64,000 bases of DNA from Potamilus streckersoni (taxonomy: Eukaryota), in contig JAEAOA010000900.1 of assembly GCA_016746295.1 (NCBI GenBank), positions 2,618,807-2,682,806 on the forward strand, in the 5' to 3' direction. Each line of letters begins with the position of its first letter. Positions within the stretch are counted from its first letter, which is position 1. Positions 26,881 through 41,243 of this stretch are shown here, one piece after another. The position numbers were made by a program, and so were the translations under genes. The notes under the pieces are model-generated. The model had not been told where the DNA came from, made no database searches, and was given only the letters and a program-made list of their open reading frames with translations.

Positions 26881-29800
26881 TGCACAGAGCCAGATCTGTC
26901 ATTGTTTAATGCACAGCTGATCTGGGTCTGTGCAGTTTGTTAGGTTAATCAGTAAAACAAACATGTATTTGCTAATCAGCTGACACATTATGAGATGGTA
27001 GATGAGGTTCTCTGTTACTTGCAATTGGACTTGACTTTTGAATGAGTGTATATGGTAATAAATAATTACAATGACGTGCACTTGACAAGTCCATATGCAA
27101 AAAAATTTCTTTTAGTTGAGAATGGCTAGTTAAATTCTATTATATATATATATATATACAGTCATCCAGTCACCTTTGTGCTTCTGGCTCTTTAGTAATA
27201 CACATACAAATGAAAATTTTGCATATTATTTCCAGTTACTTTTGACCTCCTGGAGCTCTTTTTTGTGTACATGCCACAAAATGATTATACATATTTTTGA
27301 TATGAGACCAGTCATTAATGCTGATTATAGTCTAATAAGCTAATTCTTTCAAGATGATCGTTTTATTCAAACCTTCCATTTATTCATGTTGGATATTTCC
27401 TATACTTTGAACATTTTGGGAAAGTCAATATATACACTGAATAGATGAAAGTAGGCCTGATCTGATATGGTCACTTCCTCAGTCAGCACATTAGACTGGT
27501 TGAAAATGCATTTGTAGAGGAAATGAAAGACAGTCATATTGTCAGACATGTTTTTTTTTTTAAAAAAAATTATTACAGTATTTACACACTTAAAAGTTGA
27601 GTCTTGGGCCAGTTTTTATAAATTAGACTTGGAAACAGCTGTTATTGCTTTGAAGACTACATTTGGAAAATTGTTTGATCAGCTTGCTGAGACCAAAGAT
27701 AGCTGGCTTATGTGAAGGCCAATGATGAACAGGGAATCAAAAGAAGCCTTATATGCTATTGTTGTGACCAGAACTTGGCCTGCCTTTACAGACTGGTTTT
27801 AAATATCAAATGAACTCTGACCCTGATGAAAAGAAATGTAACTTGTATCTGTTATTAAATTTGAATTTTTTTTTCATCAGGATAGCTTTAAATTTACAGG
27901 CAAACAGATGAAGATATGAAACCATGTATAATATGCATCACATTGGCACAAAAAAATCGAATTCCATTTCTGCTGTAATAACTTGATTAATTTTGCCACC
28001 ATTGAACAATGCACTTGCCTCAGCTCACTCCCATAAGGATAAAATGGCCTTGGTTTGGAATCAGCATATTTGCCCTATTGACTTTACTGACAATGTGACT
28101 AGTATAGTGAATACGTGAGATATGGAATATTTACACATCAGTTTATATGGTGTGCCTTTATCTAAACAATGCCTTGCTATTAAAAAAAAGTTTAATTTGC
28201 ATACTTAGAGTGAATGCTGTTAATACACTCCAGTGACCACTTGAGGCAGGAAATAACTTACTAATAAATGCCAGGCCACTAGCTGCAGAAGGCAGATGAC
28301 TATTACATGCAGGACGTTTATATAGGAAACTTGGAAGTGGGATTCAGAATGGCTATCATGACCAGGTGGACATGTTTGACAATATTTTGTACAAACTTGG
28401 ACAAGTGTCTGCATTTGTGTATATATGCATTTAGAATTAATTCTCCTACTCAATATACATGTACATTAAATGCTTCATGTTCAGATACCTGAATCATTCG
28501 GTCATCTTCGTGATTTTTCGTTATTGTAATTTGTATTTGCCATATATCCTCTTCAATTTCAACTCTTTATAAGTTTCTCATTTTTCATTCAATTTGTTGA
28601 AAATCTCTATAGTATTATCATTAACTAGAAAATTACAAAATGCCAGTTTTACGGAAAAACATATGCATATGAGTCGGTGGAGCATTATCTGTTTGTCTGA
28701 ATGTCCAATTTAAATTCGGTGTGGTATATTATTTGTACACTGTGGTAAAACCTCTGTGCCTTCCCCCCCAATAATTTTACTGTATAGTAAAAGTATCAAA
28801 GGGTAGTTTGGATGTTAAAGGATTTTTATCTAATCTACCCTGTGGAATTTTTGCCTCTCCCCTTTTAAACCTACATGATTAGAGTACACCATTTAGTAAT
28901 AATCTAAACATTATGTGGCCAAGATATTTATCAGTGAAATGATAAAATAAATTGATTAATGTTATAAATAGATTATAATATGAACAGATATGTACTATGA
29001 ATGTTATAAATATAGAATTTTTAACATAGTATGATATATTTCTACTATGTATTCTCAAAATCAGTTCTTTTTATTCAGTAAAATAATTTTAAAATAATTT
29101 GGATTTACTGAGATGTTATATTATTTGATTTTTACTTATCAAATGAGATGTTATTTATGTTGAGCATGTGAGAAGTTTTAAATTACCCTTTGATAAGTTT
29201 CTAATTATCTAATTAACTTTGTGAATTTCTAATCTTGATTATACTGAACACAACTTCAAAGAACTTGGAATTGATTCCTGAGATGTATATTTTTTTTTAT
29301 GAGAAGGTCCTCCAGAGGTACTGGAATGGTTTCTGAGCAGTTTGAGAAGTATATATACCCTTGATCACATTTCAGTTCATTAATTCTCTGATTATAACAA
29401 GTATATGAAAAAAAGTGTATCAGCTGTGTTAAAATAGCTGGAATATATAAATATTTATCGCAATGCTATCATGAAAGAGGAGCATTCCCAACAAATCCAA
29501 GCTTTTATTGGTTCACACTTTGATAAAAAGTTTTATATGTTTTAGTAGTAATATGTACCTGGGATGTATTATTAAAGATTTGGACTGGGAGTAATTTTGC
29601 CTAAGTCATCATATATGTATCTTGGTTGGGTACTAACATTCTATAATTCATATAATAAGATTTCCAAGGATTAAAAATAATAAAATAAATTACTGTGTTA
29701 ACTATCCCTCCCCAGGGTAGATACTTTTACTATTATAGCATTTCCATCCCAGGGTACTTTTACTAAGGTGGTACAAATACTATCTTGCACCGACTTAAAA

Positions 29801-31329
29801 ATGTGTACCAAGATGTATCATGTACCACCAGTTCAGGATCTTTGCTGTTTGTTCTACTAATAAACTCCAGTTAACAGCATATATTCTGATCTCATAATTC
29901 CCAAAATAAATATGATTTTTGGTACACATGTAGATCAGTGAAATTTAGCAATCTTAACAGAGACTAGATAAGAAAAAAATGAAAGGCAGAAGGCAGATCT
30001 GGATCAAACATTCTTAAAACATTATTGCTCAGTTTGACTCAGAATTCCAAAATAGAATATGATACTTGAATATTATCTCTGTAAGAGAGGGACTTTACAA
30101 GAAAATTTTGAACATACAATGATTCTGACTCTTATTTGAATTACAGATACAGCTTTAGAGTTTTAGCACTTTGAATTTGAAATTGAGTTCTTAGAAAGTT
30201 TATATTCTAAATACAAGGACTGACTTTGAGATCTCTTGAGATTGAATTTCCGCTAACAGCCAGTCAGAAACATTCTTTAAAATGTAACATCATTTATGAT
30301 TGGTCAAAAACAAATTATCAAGCTAAGGAGTTTTTGATCCTTAATCTGAATCAAAACTTTTAATGACAGAAGTGGATGATCATTAAAAACAGATAATCAC
30401 TATTTATTGAGTACATTAAAATGGGCAGAAACTTCTGTAAGACTGGTTGTGGAAAGCACTTCATTTAATAAATATGGCAAGTGGAGGTAATAAATATGGC
30501 AAGTGGAGGTAATCCAGACTGTTACAAGTGCTTTATCTTGTCCAGTCCAACTATAAAATGTTATTGGTAGTGTTTTCTTTTAGAAACAGTGCCTTCAACC
30601 ACCACCTCTTCCCAAACTGAGTTTACCTAAAATAATTTCTCCAGAATGTGTGCACATTAAACTTGGCTAAGGATAAATATTTTAGTAGGGAAAAAGAATG
30701 AGGTAGCTTTGGAAAATTGTGTTGGTAGTGGTTTCCCTGTTGTATGTATAAAATATAGACAAATGAAATTTTGAATCATTTGATCATGCCCCATCTTGCC
30801 AAAAGACCAAGTGAAGTTAGATTATGGTCCTTGAGACATCATTTGTTATGCATCAGCCATTTACAGTTTCTGTTTACAACTTCTCTAAAAGCTCACAGCA
30901 GAATTTGATCAGGTAAATTATGCATCCTGTAATGATAATATTTTAAACTGTTCAAATGATGCAAATCTGTCATTAATTATGACTGCTGTTACTAGATATC
31001 TTTATGATCATCTCAGAATAAGACTGAAAGTGAGTTGAAGTTTTGAAAGGAGCAGTGTGGTTGGATGCTGAAGAGTGAGCTCAATTTTCTAAGCTTTTTT
31101 CTATTCAGGAGCAATTTTGATATGTAATTTAAAAAAGCAGATTTTCATTTTCTTGTGTAAATACCAGATGTATTTGTTTTTATTATTATTTATTTGTATT
31201 GATGAGTTATTGTGAGCCTCTGATTAAAAGAAGAAAAATTATTTCTGAGCAATAACTCAAATTCTTTATCATCCATAGTTGCCATTCATTGCATATATAT
31301 TGCACTTGGGGCAAGGATTGACCATATCT

Positions 31330-31790
31330 GTTGTTGGGTAAGAATACCAAATGTCAAGGTCACTGACCAAAGATAAATATGGACAGCTTGTAATAGTGTA
31401 AGGAAGGTCCATATTGATTTAGGGGTAAAAGATGAAGGTTACTACAACTCAAAGAAGAAAAATGGTTTCTGTGAAATTACATCAGGTCTGCACCACATAC
31501 CTGGACTAAACTGGTTGGTTTGCACATGTAAGTAAGATGCCTACCCATTTTATGGTCAGTCATTAAATGTCAAGGTCACTTAATTGGTTTCCACACAACA
31601 CTTCTCCATCTACAGATACCAAGATTATCATGCACTTAAGTCATTTTGTTAAGGTCACTATGATTAAAAGAACAAAAATGCTTGCTGCAGAAGATCATTA
31701 TTGCTACATCACATCACTGTATTATATCTGTTTTGGGGTCGACTGTCAAAGTTCAAGGTCACTGTTATTTTTAAAAGATTTGGGCTTATG
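31330..31790. repeat. Second array of the same repeat family (GTCAAGGTCACT ... AAAGAAGAAAAATGGTTTCTG), 4 sub-repeats
   Basis: TGTCAAGGTCACT occurs at about 31345, 31570 and 31760, and TTAAGGTCACT at about 31649. Shares the AAAGAAGAAAAA-GTTTCTG block with the 19.2-19.5 kb array. Confidence 0.6.
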
Positions 31791-33439
31791 ATAACTTTTA
31801 TTCTCGACCATCTACTTTGAACAAAGTTTGTGGAGAGCCTGCAATCAAAGTATTGAAGAGGTCTATTGATTTTTATATCAGAGATCAAAGAGAGATTAAA
31901 ATTAAAATGTTTTTGTAAAATAATTTTTCTTCAAGAGTAAGTTCATTGACCAAGCAATGTGGATGGTGTGCATTTAGAGTAGCAAAAGCGCATAGAAATC
32001 ATGTAAAAGTCATAGGTCACATTCATGGTAAGTCTAATAAGATAATAATGTTATTTGTGCATCAAATTTATGTGTTTAGTGCATACATAGGTAATTAATA
32101 AATACAGCCCATTGTGTCATCTACCATTTATGGTAGTCTTGTACATTGATTGAAATAGGAATGAAAATAATGTTATGATGTATTTTATGATTTTGGTTAT
32201 ATATTTCATGTTGCTTTTATTGCTTCAATGGATTGCTCCCATTTCATTGATATTTTTATATGTTTGCAATGACAGCTGGAAGAAAGAAAATTAGACCAGA
32301 GTTGGTGTTTGAATTTATTCTGTCTCTAAACAGTTGTTAAGGAAAGAACTTCCACCTCTAAGAACATACATTTTCTCTCTGTCTCTTAAACAGTTTGTCA
32401 CTGGACAAACTGTTAGCTATATATTTTTAAACCAGTTGAAACATAACATAAACTAAAAACGAGTTTTAAGACCGCATGAAATACATATGTATATTAATTT
32501 AGTTTTGTGTGCATAATTATTGTCCATGATTGTAAGTTGTAAACAATGCTTACACAGCAAACTTTTGTCTATGATTGTAAGTTGTAAACATAATGTTTAT
32601 GTAGCAAGAGTTTAAGACCAGTCATATTTACAGTTTGACTTGGTTTTCCCATTGGATTAAAATTGTATATAAATTGGGATTTGATAAACCAATTCCTGTT
32701 TTAGATTAGTCTGTTAAAAATAATTTGAGATGGATTGGTTATTTAAAAACATTCATGGGAATTACAAAAGTGCTCATTGACTTCTAAATTTATACACACT
32801 ATTTTTGGATTTCTGGAGTGTATCATTGATTTATATCAAGACATTGAAGGTTAATGGAGTTCATTTGGAACATTCTGTATTTTTGGACTTGCGATCGGAA
32901 CATTTAGGATTATTTGAGACTTAATTAACAGTACTGGTGTATCTCTTGAATTTTCACTTTGTATTGAAGAGAAATAAATTGCTTGTTGATTTTACTGTTA
33001 GTGTTGGTTTCGCTTTCTGTAACAGTTTAATACCTAGAATCCTGACAGTTGCAAGATTTAAAGGTATATATGATAGAAACTTTCATATGACTAATTGATA
33101 TTCAAGGGTTGTTTACTGTTGTTAAATTAATGATAACAGAACTAAATAATTATTTATTGTTTCAGAGTAATGTGGATATATTACCACACCATCCCCCACA
33201 AGACAAAAACAAAACAATCTATTTTTAGATCACCAGGTCATAAAGGCAAGTAAGATCATAGTATGCCCCTGCATGTGGTGTACATCTGTATACAATTGCT
33301 ATTTGAAACTTCTAAAATAAAAACAACTGGACACAGTTTGACCAGATGTGGTGCAAGTCATCCCAGTATGAAGGGTTTTCAGATTTGTACAGATGACACT
33401 ATAGTAAAAACACTTTAAAATAACTTCTAAAAACTTATG

Positions 33440-34040
33440 AACAAAGAAATCGTCATGGAAGGAAATCATATAAAATTTCGACACATAATGCTGATTTACC
33501 GTCGAGAGTGTTGCCATTACTAAAAATAAAAATTACATAACCTTAAATATGGCTGAACAAAATTTAACCAACCTTGACCGAAAGCAGAAGACTTTTCATG
33601 TGTATACAAATCCATTATCAAATTTGGCAGCCATTACTAAAGTAGACCTTTTACAAAATTTTTAGAGAAAGTTTTCTGGCATAATTGCTTTTGAATTTAT
33701 ATAACTAATGCTGATTTGCCATAAAATGTGTCTGCTGTTACTAAAATAGAAAAAAATGACTTGTGTAAATCATTAATAATAACTTTATAATAGTTGATAT
33801 CATCTTGGCAAGATGCCCTTTGCAGTTTTTACAAATTGAGCCAATTTGACATAAAATATAACTGCCATTACCCAGATACTGACATAAAATATAACTGCCA
33901 TTACCCAGATAAAAATCTTGAAATGAAGTTGTTGAATTTGACCAAATATGAAAGCATCCTGGTATGAAGACACTTCAAATGTCCACTATCAAATATGGCT
34001 GCCAATACTACAACTAGGAAAATGTTTAAGATTTCTGCAA
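33440..34040. repeat. Degenerate tandem array (~90-110 bp periodicity) built around AAATATGGCTGCCA(T/A)TAC(T/C)AAA / GCTGATTT(A/G)CC...TTACTAAAA; includes a perfect 30 bp duplication at 33862-33921
   Basis: The motifs recur by eye. ACATAAAATATAACTGCCATTACCCAGATA is duplicated in tandem. Confidence 0.5.
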
Positions 34041-34600
34041 CACATAATAGTAGAATATGACACAACTTGATAGAAAGTATTCAGGCTTAAAGACAATTTT
34101 TCATTTTTTTTGGCAAAGATATAGATATGACATAAAATGATGGTTACGAGCCATCTTCGATTTTACTTGTCCTGCACGAAATGCCAAACAGAAGCAAAAT
34201 ATTGTTAAAAAAATAAACGTGTCACCATTTTTTTATAACACACATACACAATTTCTCATCACACCATTAAAGGGGAATCATATTATATAGTAGTCACAGA
34301 AAAAAAATTTCAAATTATAAAAAACAAAAAATCATGTTCATTTATTTATTGAAATCCTCTTGTACTTCAATTATTGCAGAAAATTCAGTTATATTCCACT
34401 TTTAACGATCAGTACCATATAAAACCTTTACAAACCTTGAACCTTATTTTACTGATATCAACTGTCTTTCAAATATAAAAATTAAATATTTATGAAGCAG
34501 TCATGCCTTTAATAAATAAATAAATAAATAAATATTATAGTTTGCACCACAAATATAACAAATTACAAGCACAAAACCTGATTTAAATGGAACGCAAGTA

Positions 34601-34602
<2 letters not shown>

Positions 34603-34687
<85 letters not shown>
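34603..34687. repeat. Compound (TA)n(CA)n microsatellite
   Basis: Direct read. Confidence 0.95.
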
Positions 34688-34690
<3 letters not shown>

Positions 34691-35556
34691 ATACACATAC
34701 ATGCCCAGCGCATGGCGTTTTCTTATGTGTACAATGAATGTTGGCGCCTTTTAGAAGGATTGGCACGTATATTGCACACAAAGTCAGTGGAACATGGACA
34801 CCTTTTGTTGTTACAAGTAACATTTTTGGCTCGACTTTATTTCTTTTTTAATTGCTGATAAAAGAAATGTGCATGCCAGAACAGAACAGATTTATCCTAT
34901 TAAAAAGTTCAGCAGAAGTGCCTGCAATATATGGACATTTTGTTCCTAATGCATGTGTTTACACAAGCTTTGGGTCTATTCCTAATGCATGTGTTTACAC
35001 AAGCTTTGGGTGTATTTTTTTTAATAAATAAAGCAGATATCGTACAGATTTAGATAGCAAAGTGAAGATGAGTTTTTAAATAGGAGAAATGAGATTTCAT
35101 TATTGATAAATATGTATGAGAACAAAAAATACAAAGGAAAAGGTAACCATTTCAATCATAGTAAGTGAAACATTCCCATCTGCTCCTGGAAGTATACAAG
35201 ATAAAAAGGAATTTTAGAATAAATGAATAAATCAAGAAATAAATCGTTGCAGTAAAAAGAAGTATGCACTCACACTCTTAATTTCTCTTGATTTAAAAAC
35301 TGTTTTACCCTACAACGTGACACATCTCGGATTCATACAAACACCCTTGACCATTTCCCGGTTATTACATAAAGCAATTGTATACATGCTTATTGTTCGA
35401 CACAAACCTCTATTTAATAGTGTGCTTTTATTAATCTTTCTGATGTTTTTAGTTTTATTTTAAGTTATTTTTTTATATCTTTGATTTAACGCTTGTTATT
35501 TAACGGTACAAAATGAAGATTATTAAAACGTTTCAAAAAATAATAAGCAATTATAC

Positions 35557-35711
35557 CATTCGACGGTGATTTTAGAACAATTTGTGGGACTGGTTTTTCG
35601 CAGAGAAACCCAGACGTTTGATCACAGGGCTGTGTCAGGTAATGGCCTCCCCAGTTGATCATGACGCAGTCTTCATCGCCGTTCAAATTATCTGGTTCCG
35701 AGTTCCAGGGA
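35557..35711 (-). CDS. C-type lectin domain C-terminal exon of the 4th (or a further) CTLD (SPWNSEPDNLNGDEDCVMINWGGHYLTQPCDQTSGFLCEKPVPQIVLKSPSNG)
   Basis: EPD triplet, GDEDCVMI, PCDQ and FLCEKP motifs. Acceptor attcaattccag| in phase 2, which fits the family pattern. A phase-1 donor G|GTATAA at 35557 is possible. If it is unspliced instead, the frame runs to a stop near 35486, with an AATAAA about 45 nt downstream. Confidence 0.65.
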
Positions 35712-38403
35712 CTGGAATTGAATCGGTCAAGTGAATGCATAAGCATGCATCTTTGATTGCATTTATCCAGATAAACATAAAACATTCGGCAAAATCTGGA
35801 AATTTATCTCTTCGTAGCTACACAGATTCTTAACAACAACTTGAGCAATTTATTTGAGACTAAAATTTTTCCAAATTTTGTCAATTTTACCATTTTATGG
35901 TGCATTCTAAATATATTTTTATAATTGCTTATTTGATAGACTTGCTATTTATGCACTAAAATTATGCTTATATACTTAGAGGAACGTTGTTATATGTTTT
36001 GGACAAAAAGTTTATCTTAAAAGAAAATCTTAAAATAACATTTTTAATGTAAATTACTAAACGTGATTAGTATTAATTCATTGAAAAGCAGGTTGTATTA
36101 TTAGTCTGTTGTTTAGTTTAAATCTTGTCTTGCTTTAAGCTGCTTTAGTCACAAACGAACATCTTGTTTGGGAAACCCAGATCTGCCAATGTATAATGTG
36201 CCAAGGGTTCAGAGTATATACTCTAATTTGTGCTTCACGGTCCTCACAGCTGAAATATTTCGGAGTTATCGTATGAAAGGGAGGATAACCCACTATAAGG
36301 ACTTTGGTTCTATTTGTGATATACTTTCGTTCAACCAGATCCCTTAACGAGTAATGAGTGAGTATGTCTGAAGGAGATTGCTTATAATGTCGAGCAAACA
36401 AGATAGACCCTGACCTGCCCGCTCGTTATGTGACGGCAAATTTGGATCTACTCTATTTGCAGTTATATGCGGTAAATAGGATATGTATGTAATTACGTTT
36501 TATGAACATTTTCAGTATAATCCATGTTAATATCTCATATACAAGATCAACGTCACTTTTGAAATTTTGTCTAGATATATCTGATGGATTCAGCTCATAA
36601 ATAAACTGCATCTCCTAGATTTCCCTTTATGTCCAAAGTGACTTATTGGCTGTCCCACCCATCCCCTTTCCCGTCTTTTTTTTTTGTTTTACATTTGCAA
36701 ATTTTTTTTATTCTTTGGTTATTGACCTATCTTAGGAAAAAAAACCTCATTTACATTACTTACGTAATCATAAATGTAAACTTTTTACTTTCAAAATGTC
36801 TTGCACAGAGAATGATTGTGTTACATGATTTTCTTGGTTTTATTTTTTTATCCCATTCTATCTTAGAAAGCAGCAGATGAATGAACTGACTGGTTTAAAA
36901 ACAAACAAAAAAGCACATATCAGACTGCTGATATCAGACTTATCAGGCAGACTTCGGCAAGTCCAGGGCGTCTTGTCATCGCATTTTGTATCTCCTTGAT
37001 TACACTATATTAGTGACAATATACGAGTACATATTTAAGATAATGATTCATTATATACTTGGGTGTGAAATATAGAACGTTATTGTTGAAATATTTTTCA
37101 ATTTTTTTTTATTCCAATATTTTCAAACGTGAAAAATATACGCTTAAAAAGTTATGCCATTCGACGCTTGATTGTGTTTCTATATATTATACTCGCAGCA
37201 AGAAAACTGAGAATTTTTGTGAGTTGGGACAATAAATGGAAACTTCATTACCTTTCAGGTATTATTTTGTTTTCTTGTTTTAATGGAAGATATTAGAAAC
37301 TCCGTCGTTGCTTCTTTACGAAATTAAGTCTCTTTAGCAACCATGGCAACACTTTAACATATCTGCATTGCCCAATTTGACTGGGTTTTGTGTTCAAATA
37401 GGGTACAGTAATTTACTAAATGTAAAAGTTAAGTATAAAATTCCACTGGTTGAGCCTTGCAAATTAACGCTGTAAGTGGATGGTTGAAAAAAATAAAGTC
37501 CGAAGAACTTTATGTAAACTTTGTGAGTGATTAGGCAAAATTTACACATGGATAAATACCCAACTATGATCATTTAATCCGTATAAATCCAATTCAATTC
37601 CTGTCTAACATCAGATAAGCAGATTTATTCAACAAAAAAAAAAAACATTCACTTCTATGTACCTTGAAGTTTTATTTCATTAGCCTCTTAACTGCGATAG
37701 AATACATAGCCCAATGTTCGTAAGCCAAAATTCCTTAATTTTGTATACAGCGATACGAGGTAGAAATGTCATAGTACGTCATGACGGTGTTATATTATTA
37801 TGATCATTAATTCAATACATAAAAAATAGTTGTTGCGGTTAAACCAGGAATATTCCTTTTGTTTTTCGAAAATTATGTTTGCGAATGGCACGCCTTGTTA
37901 TAGCAACATCGTTGTTACATTTTACGCATTTCGATCTTTCAAAAGCAAAATCGTGTCCATTTTTAGTGAAATCCCTTGGTTGACATGACCCTGACTTATA
38001 ATAACCGCTGCTGTAACATGGTGTCGTGATGAAATGCAATAATTTCCAAAGATTGGCATCTATTGCTTTTTATATGTCTTCTTCGGCAAAGGGGGTGTGT
38101 GTTGGATTGCAGGAAGGTCTGTGCAATTACATTGTTTTAACTTATAACGGTCGATTTTACCTGCAGCTTATCGGCTTATCAATTTTTGTTTGGAAATCAC
38201 AGGAGTGGGTGGGTGGTTGCTTTTTGTTATCATTAGGGAGTAAAGCGTCGACATAAATACAACTTCAAATAAATTATCTGGACACAGGGAACCAAAAGTA
38301 GTTCGCAGAATTTATCGATGTGTAAAAAATTACAGATCTTTATCATCTGACCGTTTGCATCCAATCAAAGCGTAGAAATCGCAGTCAATTCATAAAAATT
38401 GGA

Positions 38404-38617
<214 letters not shown>

Positions 38618-39429
38618 TTAATGAAATATTAGCAAGGACGGTTTGCCCGATAAAGTTCCAATATCCTTCTCTGCTTTTGTCTGTCAATCCTGTCCACCAT
38701 CCTTGGGGATTTCTTTCCTTCGGGGAGAGTTTCTGCTCAATGTATGCCTACAAGTGACAATAAAACAAACTAATTGCTAAATATGTTAGGATACATTCTG
38801 CTTGGCCAATATTCTACATGCATTACAGAAAAGTTACCCAAACGACCCGGGTCGAAGGTCGATAGGACGAGGATCAGTGTCAAGACCTCAAAGTATTGGT
38901 TCTTCTTAGTCGTATTAAACACTATGCGCTCGCGGTATGAGCTATGAATTGTATCGTCGCATATTGAAAACGTTTTAAACCAGACCAAATTAAAATGAAT
39001 GATGCAGTGTGACAACATTAGTATCCTGAAAAATCACAACAATTTGAAATTAAACATCCTACCGAGAGTGAGAGAATTTGAAAATCTCTAAAGTGACCTA
39101 ATAAAATTGTTGAGTATTTATATAATCAACCTCCAAGTTCCCCCAATAAATAAAAAAATAAAATAAAAACAAAACAAAAAGAATCAATACAAGACAACAT
39201 TAAGACAGTTTTAATTATATGTGTTCTAATTTCATGAAAAATCTCCAGAATTACCACCTGACCTAATATCCACAAAACATTGGAAACTCTACAACATACT
39301 GTAAAGTCTGCAAATTTGGACAGCTATAAGAGACCATACTGTCAGCCACGTTCTTAATGTCCACTATCATTAAGGAACGGTATAAAAAGGCATTAATGAC
39401 CGTATCGGCATTAAAGACTCAAATTGCTG

Positions 39430-39830
39430 TTTCGCCTTTCTCTTAGCTCTCTTTGATGCAAAGTTTGTGTTTATCCTTTCCTGGGCTTTCTGAACGCCTT
39501 GTCTGACAGCAAGGCGCCAGGCGGAGCGGTCGTCAGCACAGCTCTCCCAGTTATTGACGTTGATATTGGCCGTCTTTATGTCCTTCTTGCAGACATCTTT
39601 GTAACGTTGGCCGCCCAGTCAGTCGTGTGCCTTCTGCTAGCTCGCTGTATATCAGGTCCTTGGGAATACGTCCTGAATCCATTCTCTTGACGTAGCCGAG
39701 CCAGAGAAGGCGCCTCTAGTTGAAGATGGTGAACATGATGTTCATATTGGCGCGTTCCAGAACCTCAGTATTGGGTACTTTGTCCTGCTTATAAAATAGG
39801 TTGTTTGTTATACCCCATGGGGTACGTTTA
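39430..39830 (-). mobile_element. LINE ORF2 C-terminal fragment (non-LTR retrotransposon remnant) in an intron of the CTLD gene
   Basis: A GC-richer island. The minus-strand translation reads RMDSGRIPKDLIYSELAEGTRLTGRPTLRYKDVCKKDIKTANINVNNWESCADDRSAWRLAVRQGVQKAQE, which is the characteristic conserved C-terminal tail of LINE ORF2 proteins. It is interrupted by stops. Confidence 0.6.
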
Positions 39831-39990
39831 TAGGCGGAAAATAGCTTCATTTTCATGTCTAAAATCCTTCGAGATAACAAATTATTTATTTGTAGTTTAT
39901 GCTTTACATCATGTATAAGGACATTTAGGAACGTTCGAAAGAAGGTTTAAGGCCAATAAAATAAGACCAAATACTAATCAGCAAACTTAC

Positions 39991-40175
39991 TTTCTCATCT
40001 GCATCATCGACCGCCAGGAGTGATGGTAAAGCCGTCAGATCGGGAGCTTGTGAAACACAGAAATCTAACGCTTCGGACCAGGTCCTCAACATACTGGAAT
40101 TTTTGTAGTCACTGATGTAATAACAATCAAGTCCATTAGGTGTTGTACGCGAAATCCAGGACATCGGACACGTTG
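39991..40175 (-). CDS. C-type lectin domain 4, N-terminal exon (ATCPMSWISRTTPNGLDCYYISDYKNSSMLRTWSEALDFCVSQAPDLTALPSLLAVDDADEK)
   Basis: CP.SW...CYYIS...TWSEA..FC...L.A motifs. Acceptor ttatttcaaag|CA in phase 1; donor AAA|GTAAGT in phase 0. Exon is 185 nt. Confidence 0.7.
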
Positions 40176-40477
40176 CTTTGAAATAATAAATTACAAATAA
40201 TATTCTTTTCATTTATAATTTCAACTGAAAGTTTTTCGCATGAAAGATAGCTTTAGCTATCAGTCAACATAATTATAAATTCTCCTCGAATGCACATAAG
40301 CTCCAATTTCTTTCTGATCTTTTTTTGAATGTGCCCTCATAGAAGCAACTATAAATCAAGGTACAATCATTGAATTGAAAATTTATAAGTAGACAATGGT
40401 TGGATACAATAAATTGTTGTTGATTGCAGGTGATAATTATCGGAAATTTATTCTGTTAACATTTGTATAAAATCAAC

Positions 40478-40590
<113 letters not shown>

Positions 40591-41115
40591 TAACGGACTT
40601 GCTAAATCGAATGAACATCGAAGTACGCAAATCAAATTGTCTTTTCCTTGCTTGAAATTTCGGAAATCAGACCTCAGAGAAGATGACTAAAAATATTCAT
40701 ATAGCTTAAATGCCCACTGAGATACAGAGCTGAACTTGAAACAGAAGTAGAGATTTGAATAATCTACAATTTTGTTTAATACATGCCTTGATTTGTAACT
40801 TCTTATACTAGATTTTTTGAGCTGGAAGATGACCATTGAATTTCACACAGTCGTATTTCGGGATAAAGAGTGTCAGCTGTCAAATTTTGCACTTGAATGT
40901 GCTTTCTTTACTTGGTCACAAGGTCAGTACACTACAATTCTTAGCCATGTCTTACTTTTTAAATTTAGCTTGGGGGACAAGATAATTTTGTCGATTAACT
41001 CAACTTGCATCATAGTATATCTTGAGGAACTAAATATGGTTTTGCAAAAACTCATAGCCTTTACGATACATAAAAATATGTTGCATGGCAGTTACATATA
41101 AATATAGCATGCTAC

Positions 41116-41243
41116 CTTGATTGCCTAGTTCACAGATGAATGCAGCTTGGGAGGCACAGTTTGCATCGTTATAGCCACCATTGTGGTAGATAACTCCACA
41201 ATCTTCTTGTCCAGAGTAATCATTGGGTTCCTGATTCCAAGGG
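41116..41243 (-). CDS. C-type lectin domain 3, C-terminal exon (IPWNQEPNDYSGQEDCGVIYHNGGYNDANCASQAAFICELGNQ)
   Basis: EPN triplet (mannose type), EDC, YND..C and FICE motifs. Acceptor ctacctgcag|; donor G|GTAGCA in phase 1. Exon is 128 nt. Confidence 0.75.

Noticed and set aside
36135-38039. Minus-strand ORFs 36135-36401 and 37839-38039 (Cys-containing) examined as candidates for the missing CTLD4 middle exon
   Set aside because: They lack the WIGL/DGS signature, compatible splice phases and flanking GT/AG sites.
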